The notes beneath the pieces were generated by a model, which saw nothing but the letters and a program-made list of their open reading frames with translations, was not told where the DNA came from and searched no databases. DNA of 64,000 nt. Origin: Oikopleura dioica. Lineage: Eukaryota; Animalia; Chordata. The first letter of the stretch is position 1. Each line of letters starts with the position of its first letter. The translations under genes and the position numbers were made by a program. Shown one piece after another: positions 28,474 to 38,685 of the stretch. The stretch spans positions 12,896,001 to 12,960,000 of the forward strand of contig OU015568.1 in assembly GCA_907165135.1 (NCBI GenBank), in the 5' to 3' direction.

Positions 28474-29973
28474 ATGAAACTCGAAGTCGCAACTTTAATC
28501 TCGGCAGCTGCTGCTCACGGAAACTTTTGGGGACATGGAGGTCAACACATGGTAAGATAAAACCTTGATTTCGATGTTTAATATCTGAATTCTAGTGGCG
28601 AGGAAACGGCTATTTCCCGATGAACAACCATTTCGACTTCTATCAGGGCAACAACTACAACCAGATGGGTCGCTTTTACGGCAATGACCGCTTTATGGAT
28701 TACTACAACCGATATGTAAGTCAATTTACGATAGAATTAATTCAGTCTTCTTTGATTTCTCCTCAAAAATGTTTTCAGTGGGGAAATAACCAAATGCGCC
28801 ACTCTTATAACCAGTGGTGGCCACAGAACTGGTTCGGCGGAAACAACCAGTGGAACATGAGCCCTGCTTACAACTTCTACGGAAACAACTGGATGGGACG
28901 ATCATTTTACGGAAACGATCGATTCTATGACAACCAGTACTCTCGAAACTTCTACGGCAACAACAATTACTGGATGAACAACAACTACCGTTACAACAAC
29001 CAGTGGATGGATCAATACAACTACCAAGGCAACTGGATGAACAACTACCGTTACGGCATGAGCCCAGCTTACAACTTCTACGGCAATAACTGGATGGGAC
29101 GATCCTTCTATGGAAACGACCGATTTTACGACAACCAGTTTTCTCGAAGCTTCTACGGTCATAACAACTACTACAACAACAACTACATGATGAACCGACA
29201 CTTTGATTCTCAGTTCTTCTATGGAAACAACTACCACCGATTCAACAACTACTACAACAACAACTGGATGAGCTTTGGAAACAGCTTCTACGGACAGGAT
29301 TCTTTCTTCCAAATGGCTGAGCAATTTTTCTGGCGAAACTCGGAATGGAACAGCGACAACGCCGACCGAGTTCTTCGATCGGTAATTGACCTTTTTCGAT
29401 GGTAAGACTAATCTTTCTCTAGTGGCAAGGAAAATGGGATCAGTCGATGTTTCACTCCTTCGAAATGTGCGGAAACGGCCAATACGTCGACTACCAGATG
29501 ATGGTTAACTGCCACTGGACTTCTGACTCGCACATGAACATGGACTTTTGTAAGTGATTTCTTTTATAAATTGAAATTTGGTGCTAACCTTTCATAATTT
29601 AGTCTCTCACTTTGCTCCTCGATACATCAGCATGCATTTCCAATACTTCGACATGAACCGAGACGGACGACTTAACCCAGAAGAGTTCCGACGTGCCTGG
29701 GCCGGATTCTTCTCCACTGTCGGTTCCACCATTGTTGACATGTTCGACCGAGATCACAACGGTAAACTTATGCAATTTCTCCTCCGTTAATTTTGTTCTC
29801 CAGACATGATCGACTCCTACGAGATGCATGATTTCCAGTATTACATGAACTACTTCTACCCATCATCTTTCCAACACTCCCAAATGAGCCGATTCTTCAA
29901 CAACCACATGTACTCTTTCTCTAAGTGGGACATGACCGAGTTCGCTCTCCAGAATACTAACCGATGGTGGTAA
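28474..29973 (+). CDS. Secreted protein B: N/Y/F/W/M/G low-complexity domain + two EF-hands; 6 exons
   Basis: Signal MKLEVATLISAAAA, N/Y-rich region, WQGKWD...C...CHW module, EF loops DMNRDGRLNPEE and DRDHNDMIDSYE; paralog of 24579-26024. Confidence 0.88.
28857..29171 (+). repeat. Internal 114-bp (38-codon) duplication in protein B
   Basis: Copies at 28857-28970 and 29058-29171 encode MSPAYNFYGNNWMGRSFYGNDRFYDNQ[YF]SR[NS]FYG[NH]NNY. Confidence 0.9.
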
Positions 29974-30331
29974 AATACGTTTTCCTGCAAAATTCTGCAC
30001 TATTTTCTGCCCAATTGAGTCAATCTGAGAACATTGAACACAATAAATTAGATAAATTATCGAACAAAAATACATGCTCACAATTATAAACTCGGCAAAA
30101 TACTGGTTTTTAAATATTTTCTTAGATAAATTAACTTGAGTAAAAAATATGCTAACGCAGCTAAAATAATACTACTAGTAGATTAATCCTTCCACGTGAG
30201 ACGGCACTCGGCCAACTAGGTAAATAAAAACATGCTGATTGTATGTCCTAGACATCTAGTCATGACAACAAATTAATTATCAAGAGAACTATAAAAGCAA
30301 GTTCTGCCAGAAAAAGGACATAAAAGACCTA

Positions 30332-30574
30332 ATGAGAATCTTGGCCGTTTTCTTTTTATTTAGTGATGCCAATATTTGCAACTTACCGGTAAGGGCATTC
30401 AGAAATTATGTGAGAACTTATCTGTAGGCTGAACGAGGCTGGTGCAGAGGATATCAACCGCATTACTTCCACAACAGAGGAACAGGAAAGTGTGAGCGAT
30501 TTATTTACGGAGGATGCAGGGGAAATCCAAATCGGTTCAAGACACAAGCTCAGTGCGAGAATGCATGTATCTGA
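30332..30574 (+). CDS. Secreted single Kunitz/BPTI-domain peptide (67 aa); 2 exons
   Basis: A GT-AG intron at 30389-30427 joins MRILAVFFLFSDANICNLP to AERGWCRGYQPHYFHNRGTGKCERFIYGGCRGNPNRFKTQAQCENACI*: six Kunitz cysteines plus the F.YGGC.GN.NRF motif. Not in the ORF track. Confidence 0.92.
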
Positions 30575-30878
30575 ATAAATAGGATGTCTGAAAGGAATCT
30601 TGTTTCTTGTCTTTGAAGCAATATTGTATTAACAGGTGCAGAATCGTTTATTCTTTGATATTTTGTGCACCTGATTCTACCTGATTTACTCATAGGTTCG
30701 GCATAATTACCGAGTGATTGATCCTTACAGTTGGATACAGCTGCTAGCAGTGCATCTCGTGAGGGCGTTGTTTTTTTCGAATATAAATACCAGTGCTCAA
30801 GAGAAATAAGTCATCATCGATCATCAAACCAAAGAAAAAAATCTTAGTAAATTCAGAAGTTTTTGAACTAAAACAACA

Positions 30879-31136
30879 ATGATCAAGAAAAACTCCCAAT
30901 CCATCATCCGAAGAAACTCATCCATCCAAAAGAAGCGACCACTTTCATTTGGGTCGAACGATCTACTTACAATCGAAGAGTTACCAAAGAAAAAAATCTA
31001 TAGAAGAACTAGTCTGATGCGACTCAAAAACTTTTTCTCTTCTAAGAAAAGTTTCAAGAAAATCCACGAGGACAAAGGCCAGAAATATTTCAGAAGAAAC
31101 ACATCAATTCACAGCATTGAGTTTTGGGAAGCTTGA
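30879..31136 (+). CDS. Small basic Lys/Arg/Ser-rich orphan ORF (85 aa)
   Basis: Uninterrupted ORF with many RRxS motifs; no recognisable domain. Confidence 0.35.
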   Translation: MIKKNSQSIIRRNSSIQKKRPLSFGSNDLLTIEELPKKKIYRRTSLMRLKNFFSSKKSFKKIHEDKGQKYFRRNTSIHSIEFWEA

Positions 31137-31309
31137 TTATTCAAATTCTGTAAATATAAATGACGGAAAGAGTATTATCCCTGAATAAATACATTGCTCT
31201 CTTCTAAGCGTCATCGTTGTTAAAAATTGATTTTGCGTGATTGAATATTAAATCTAGGGAGGTCCAGCACGGAAACTCTCAGTTATTCAGTCGATACCTG
31301 TAGCAGAAA

Positions 31310-31708
31310 ATGAGTTTAGAAAATCCGGTTATAGCACACGAACCTTCAAAGAGACCAAGAAAATGGGAAACACCGCTGATTCCAGAGCCTTCAGCAACTC
31401 TTGTTGCTTCGATATGCTGTCCTGTAATTATAAGAGTGAGGAATATCGCGTTTAACTTTATTCAGGGCTTCATAATCCGCGATCTCGCTGCGTATAATCA
31501 AATGAACGAGCGATTCTGGTGTTATCTTACGACTTGGTGCTGCTTAATTCCGCCTATTCAGGCGGTACTTGTGCAAATTCAGCGGGAAAGAATACGGAAT
31601 AAAAAGAGGATAGAAAACACCTTCTTTTTATTCTTGTTCTCGTTTATTCTCTACCCGTGTGCGTTGACACAGGCGAGGATGGAATTATTGAATGATGAAG
31701 AGGTATGA
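31310..31708 (+). CDS. PLAC8/cornifelin-family Cys-rich protein
   Basis: ICCP|G...LA, WCC, RERIRNKKRIE, YPCALTQARME pattern; probable in-frame 42-nt intron after CCP. Confidence 0.7.
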   Translation: MSLENPVIAHEPSKRPRKWETPLIPEPSATLVASICCPVIIRVRNIAFNFIQGFIIRDLAAYNQMNERFWCYLTTWCCLIPPIQAVLVQIQRERIRNKKRIENTFFLFLFSFILYPCALTQARMELLNDEEV

Positions 31709-32009
31709 TTGAAGTTCTGAAGATCATTAGACATAAAATTAGATGGAAAAATACATTAACGAGATAAACGAGTATCAGTCGAAGAATCCTATTCGTCCGA
31801 GGCTCACATCATTTTGGCGAAAGAGTAAGAAGAAGCCCATAGAGCCAAAAGAAGATGCTGCGAACGAAAATCAAGAATAAATACCTTCCTTTAAAATAAT
31901 TTCAGATATTTATTATCAATTCGATGTCAGGTGGGTTCTTTCAGTTCAGGAACGTACGTGTAAATGTGATAGTATTAGCATCAGGGTGAGGGTCAGGTTT
32001 TCCAATAAT

Positions 32010-35000
32010 TTACCAGGGCAGTGTTTCTTTAAATTTGAACTTAAAGTCGATCAGGTATTTGAGATTGACTTGAGCGACATCGTAGACGATGAATTCATTG
32101 TAGAGCAAGCTTGTGTTGTCTGCATTACTTGGAACTCCCTCGCCACATGGAACTACGGTTATATGAGGAAATTATGAGAGGGGTGGATAATTCACCTTTT
32201 GTTCCGTTCGGGAGCTCTCGAGCACAAGCTGGATCGGGTTCAGTGCCTCCAAGGCCTTTCACAGAGTGGCATCCCTTGGGAAGTTTTTCGATGTATTCCG
32301 CAGCTTTCAATTCATGCCTAAGAAGTTTAGATAATGAATTCGCAATGAATCTACTATAATTTTTGAATAGATATAAACCATATTTTACATGTTTCCAAGC
32401 GCCACTTCTGCGAGCAAGAGCAACCCTCGACTGTTATCCGGGGAGGCAAAGCAGTAATTTGCAGATTTTGAAACCATATCGGCAAAGTAAATTCCCTTGC
32501 CGAACATATAACCAGTGACTGGCGCCTCTGGGGGAGCGATTCGAAGGCCCTGGGACAGAATACCAGCGTAATTTGTAAGACGGGAGCCGTGCCACAGAAG
32601 CTGTCGATTGTCGAACTTACTGAAGGGCTTAAAAAGGTTGAATTATTTTAACGACCATATGAAAATGAAAGTACCTTGAATTTCTTTGCTTCTTTGTTTC
32701 GGTCGATCTTGAAGACATTGTTGATCTCGAGCGAGTAATCTCTGTGCGTCTTGGCATGAGTAGTTTTCACATACTCATCTATGATCGCATACTCTTCTTC
32801 CTCTTCGCCCAAAACAGAAATATTCGTCTTGAGTTTTTCGTAATGAGTATCGATCGGGTTCTTCTCTGTTTTCTCTTCTGAAATAGTTTTTACAAAAATT
32901 TTAATAAATGAAAAATACCTTTGACAGCGTCGAGGATTGAGTACGCTGTCTCGATTTCGATCAGTTTGTCGACCACCTCAATCTTTTCTTTGACCATTTC
33001 TTCAGTCTTCAAAAGCGGTAAGGTCTCGCCAAACTTGAGAACATGCGGAACAAGATGATAAAAACGAGTTGATTTGTCTCGAATGAGAGACATGTTCTCC
33101 TTCTTGTCTTCTTCCTAAAATGAGTGTATTTATCGAAAACTCAAAGTGAAAAACCTTCAACTGCGCCAAAATCTCATTCAGCACACTCCATGCTTTCTTC
33201 AGCTGGTCCTTGCTTAATTTCCCAAGTGGCATTTTTTCAAGATCCAAGTCCATCTCGACCAGACTTTTCTGCATCGTTTTGACGTTGAAGATCAATTTGA
33301 TTAAATCCTGGACTTCTGGAACAAGTTCTGATTTAACCTCATGCTCAGCAGATAGGTCGACTTTCTTGTCTTCAACTCCGTAATCCATTTCCAGTGGGAA
33401 CATGTGATTTGGAAGCTTCAAATGGTTTTAAAATCGGAGAAAAGATATATTAAAACCCCCTTTTTCAAAAACCGACCTTGATGTACTCTTTCGCATGGAA
33501 GTTATTGCCGCTCTTCTCTTCAAAGAGCATTTCAAACTCTCGAGCGCAATTTTCCATGTTATGAAAATTTTGAATCTTCACACCACCAATCGAGTCACTT
33601 CCAATTCTTCCCCAAGATCGGAACAAGTAGAATCTCGTTTTAGCCTTGTTCTGAATTCCTTGGAGTTTGTAGTACGAGTTCTTGTCGCGCTTCAAGTCCA
33701 CCGATGTCATCATAGCAGTGTACAGCTTTCCCTTGTACTCAAAGATTGAGCTTCCTAAAGAAATATTAGCAAAGATTGTTCTGATCTGACTCAGGCTTTG
33801 AGAAACCCAAATCAATACCTTCCGGAACTTCCTCATACGCCTCAGGATCAATGGCACCTCCATTCTGCACGGTCAGCTTAATCTTCTTACTCTCTCGCAT
33901 CTTCGCTTCTTCCGCTACATCAACTCTCTTGCGCTTTCCAGGCTGTTTGTACTGCCCGAATGACGACAATTTATGTTCTTTTACGTACGCCATCACATCC
34001 GCTCGCCTCTCCCCCAGTTTTGGAGCTGCAGTTTTCAACGCAGCGAAAATGCCTCGCGATACAATTACCAAATCGAGCGTCTCGCACTTTCCGTATTTCT
34101 CGTGGAATTTGTGATTCTTGTCTTCGCTCATAGCTTCAAACTGGTCGTTCTCAGAGACGCAGAAATGCACTGTCTCATTCAGCACCGTCGTCACAGTGCC
34201 ACCAAGCTGTTTGATTTCTTCTTCAAGGGCAGCTTTTGTGCCCTTTGCTTTTCCGAGAATGAAGATCTTCATTTCAGTAAGTGGCGGCATGAAAGCCGCT
34301 TTTGGAAAGACCCGCTTCAAATCTCCGTCAAACTTGAATTTCGCCAAATAGTCCGATGCTTCTTTCAGAAACGCTGGAATCTTCGGTGGCGCTCGTCCAG
34401 CCTCAGTAGCTACATAATCGCACTTCGTAAATCCAGAGATGCTTCCATTACACGCATAGTAGCCTTTGCTGCTCACTCTTAATTTACCATTGCCGCAGTT
34501 GTTACACTTCGGCAGTCGCCCGAACAAGAGAAGATCGGCCACATAATCGAGTTGGCGCGCCTTGCCATCGGGAATATCAACTTTATTGGTGCTCAACAAG
34601 TCTTTGATTCCCGAAGCTGTAAGTTGCGCGTCAATCTTGTCCTTTATCGCCCACAGGAGTTTATTCTGTTTCTTCAGCGCAGCTTGATGCGGGTCAATTT
34701 CTTTTGGCTCCACTTTGACTTCCGCCTTTTCCGCTTTCAACTTCGATTTCTTCGGCTTCAATAGTTTCATCACTTGCTCTTGGGCCGCTTTATCTAACCC
34801 CGAGAAGCCAGTAATCATATCAGCCGTGTACGAATCTTCCCAACCCACACTGCTTCGCACCTTTTTGAAGCAACCAACATGATGCCATCGTGGAATCGGG
34901 CCGAGGTGCGGCTTCTCCGGATCAACCATTTTCACAGCAATTCGAAGCTCGTCTTTCTCGATTTTCTCTGTTTGACAATCTTCTCGTCGACACTTTGCTC

Positions 35001-35437
35001 GAGCAGAAGGAGCGTAGCCGATTTCGAAATCGTCGAGCACAGCGCGGGCGGACTTTCCTTTTCCCTTTGTTACGGGCCCTCCGATTTTGTCGACTGCTTC
35101 CTGAAATCAGAGGTAATAACACAAAGCGAGCAATGGCGGAAAATGAACTTTTCGAATAAGCTAATCTAACCTTGACTCGTTCTTGATCCTCGATTCGGAT
35201 GGAATGAAATCCCTCGATCTTATGAATCTCACCCGCTTTCAAACCCCACTGCTTCGCCTTTCCGAAGAAGCAGTTGAAATGCGTCCAATTTGGATCGACA
35301 CCGTCATGATGCCTCGACTTCATCATGCGCGCCATTCGGACGACGTCCTTGTCGATCTTGCTCTTGCAGATCTTGCATGAGGCTCGGTTCGATTTCGAGT
35401 ACTCAACCTTGAACGGCAAATGATCACCGATTTCCAT
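32010..35437 (-). CDS. PARP1: Poly(ADP-ribose) polymerase 1
   Basis: Two PARP zinc fingers ([13 protein letters not shown]; [15 protein letters not shown]), Zn3, BRCT, WGR (FRSWGRIG), catalytic LWHGSRLTN...[12 protein letters not shown]...LYNEFIVY with the H-Y-E triad intact. Confidence 0.97.
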
Positions 35438-35973
35438 CTAAAAAGGGAGGAATATTTTAGTTCATCATTTAGCAGAGAAATAACAAGAAGACGGAATGTG
35501 ATTTGATTGGCCTTGAGGCTCGCTTATTCAGCACTAAAATTGCCCTTAATTGTCATTTACAGCTCCATTCAGCAGCAGTCGTTATTTCGGGAAACTTTCG
35601 ATTGAATCTCCCACTCCTCAACAATAAAAAAATTCCGGCCCCCACCGAGAGAGCAAATTTGATCGAAAAATTGAAAAGAGATTGCACCGTGAGATCAGAA
35701 AATTGCTCTACACCCTCGTTTCAGTGCCGTTGAGATTTGCAGAAAATCACAACGCGAAGTTCAACGAGAAAAGGGCGAAAATTGCGCGCCCGCGCCCCTG
35801 CCTGATTGGCCCCCACTGAGAGAATAAAACCGAGTTTGCTCACTCGTCCTCGTCATTTGCTGGCAATTTTTCTACTAACCCGCTGCTGATATTTCAGAAA
35901 GACTTCCAGAGATATTCCTCGAAAGAGATTTAACCGTCACATTTTTTAGAATAGTTGAAAACTAAGACGAACC

Positions 35974-38685
35974 ATGTCGAATACAGGTTCCAGTGGAGAC
36001 ATGATCCAGTCACCTATCAGTCTTCCAGGTTTGTCTTTTCATGACTTTTGTTTTTTAAACTATTCGCTCTTTGCTTCTTTCGCACGCATTTTTTTTTAAA
36101 TATTAACTCATTGATACTAACTGAAGCTGCTTCTAACCGCCTTCAGTGCCAGTAGTGCGAGAACCTACTACCAAGCCTAACAAGTCACAGGAGCAGGGGT
36201 CTGGATTTTCGTCGGAGACAGAATCCGTCGAATCCGTTAGACGGAACATGGAAATGAGTGTCTCTCCGCCCATTGTCCAGGAGCGAGTTTGCAAGGTCGA
36301 CCTTGTCAGATCGCCAGAGCGACCAAAAGTCCTTCATTTCGGGAAAAGAATCGGATGTAGGCATTTTGACTACTAACACAATTTTATTGCATGCTCACTT
36401 ACCACTCACAGTAACAATTATAAAATGCAGTACTTACTATGCAAATTGGCACAGTAAATAGCCTTGGAAATAGCGCCCTTTGTTCAAAATTTAAATTGAA
36501 TTCTGTAGATTTTGCGCACATAGAAATATAAGCCCTTAAATTTAAACTGCTCTGCAAACAGTCACGCATGCGCAGAATACGCACCAAGAATTTTTCTTAA
36601 TAATCACAGTAATATGCTCAACACCAGTAATATGTATAATCTGATTCAAGCGCTTCAACAACGGTTGATCAGTTATCTCACGGGGAAATCGGTTAGGCTT
36701 CAACGGAAATTATAAAAAATTTTCTGGTCAATTGAGATCTTGCCAACAACAACGACTCACACTCAGACGGAGTTGAACCTGCTAAGATTTTCGTTTGCCA
36801 AGTTTGAATTTTTCCCAAAATAAGTCGCCCTATCCGGTTTGCTTTATCACCTCTAATATTTTTTGTTTTTCTTTTTCGTGAGCTAAAAATAAATTTCAGC
36901 GCCGTTGAGCGGATCCACTCCTGTCCAACGGAAGAAAGCTAAGAAGGGCGAGAAGAAATCCGCATCTTCAAAAAAGACGGACAAGATGAGCGATGAGCCA
37001 GCTACCCCCGGTACACCGGCGCAAGGCAAGAAATTAAAGTGAGATCTTGGAATGACTGTGAATTTAGAGTCGGGCGTGATGCTTTCCGATCTCAACTCGC
37101 GGTTTGCGAACATCGTCACTCGAAACGCTTCAATTGTCGATGAGAACCAGCGGCTCCAGGAGGAATTAGCCCAGCAGGGTAATAACCACAAAGGTAAGAA
37201 AATAAGCGTTCTAGTTTTTCTTTTTCTTCCATTTTGTAACTTTTATTTTCTAGAGGAGCTCGGAAGGATCAAAACCTTCTACGAGGCTGAGGTGAAGGAG
37301 AGCCACAAGCTTTTGAATGATGCGGCGAACGAAGCTTTCAAAATGCGACAGGAATTGGAAAGCACGGTTGAGAAAAAGAATGAGGCCGAGAGAAAATACG
37401 AGGAAAAGAATCTCTCGGTAAGAATATTTAATCAGTCTATTTCTAACTCGCTCTTTAGGAACGAACGGCCCGGCAATTAGCCGAGGAGTTGCAGAAAGAA
37501 GTGGACGACATGAAAGCCGAGCAGACTCAGTTGCGACGAAAGCATCAAGATCTTGATGCTCAAAAAGTAAGATTCGCCAGTGCTTTTATCTGAATTAAAA
37601 CTTTCTTTTTAGATGAGCTTGAATGCTCAACTGGTTGAGGCGAAATCGGACGCCGACAAGTTCCGAAACCAACTTGCTGACGAAAAGGTTAAGCTCAACC
37701 AGAAAAACAATGAGTTGCAGTCACTCCAGTAAGATTTCTTCCTATTTGCTCCGATTTATATTTCACTTAAGAGAGAAATTCGAGACTGAGCTGCGAGTGA
37801 GAGATGTCGAGATCGACGAGGCTCGTAAAAACCAGAGCTCGATGCTTCAGCAGTCGCTGAATATGAAGAGCACTCATGAGGAGAGCATGTCGATCGCCAT
37901 CGACAATATTCGCGACGAGCATGAACGCGATGTCAAGCGCCTTCAGAAAAAATTCAAGGTTAGTTTTTCTTACTTGTGATCACTTTCTATATTCATTTTA
38001 GGAGGACAACGCGCGCGCGCTCTTGAGAAGCTGGAGCAAAAGCTCAAGAGCACCCAGGAGCTTCTTCTTGCCAAGCGAGATGAGGCTTCGAAGAACCGTG
38101 CTCTGATGGAGCAGGCGATCGCCAGCAAGGCCAAGCTCGAGCAAGAAGTAAGTACATCGTCTGATTTCAGATTTATAACATTAATTTCTAGCTCAAGCGA
38201 GCCAAGGACCTCAACTTGTCCCTTGAAGCGGACCTTGCCTCCAAGAACTCTCTTGCGAAAGAAGAGATCGCCGACTTGAAGGCGAAGCTGGCCGACGAAA
38301 CCGAGAAAGTCGCGAAGCTCGAGGACATCTTCCGTCAAAAGAAGGAACAGTACCTCGCCATGGAGAAGGAATGCTTGACGTACCGCCAGCTTCTGGAAGT
38401 CGAGGAGGCCAGGTAAGCAGCTTGCCTTGTTTTCTTCCTTTCAAAAATGTTTTCAGACTCAATATCACCCCCTCGCCGATCCGACGAAAGCGAGGTCGTG
38501 CTGAAACCCGACTCAGCGACTGTCAGACCCCGGCGCAGAAGAAGAGCAAAAGCGCCGACAATACCCTCCAGGTAAAATAAGATTCAGTAAGATTTGAAAC
38601 TAACCGCTTCTTTTAGGAGGTCGATGTGAGCGAAATTGGCGCCACCGATAGCACCCGACCGGATGCCAGCTGCTTCATCATGTGA
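35974..38685 (+). CDS. Nuclear lamin (IF rod, NLS, CaaX) lacking the Ig-fold tail
   Basis: Rod start LSDLNSRFA, rod end TYRQLLEVEEAR, NLS-like RRKRGR, C-terminal CFIM*; splice phases are consistent across about 11 exons including one GC donor. Confidence 0.88.

Noticed and set aside
24579-29973. Idea that the EF-hand pair are aequorin-type photoproteins
   Set aside because: Only two EF loops, a signal peptide and no recognisable photoprotein residues; no sequence support.
32420-32460. Suspected frameshift in the PARP1 catalytic domain
   Set aside because: Re-reading shows [14 protein letters not shown] in frame; no lesion.
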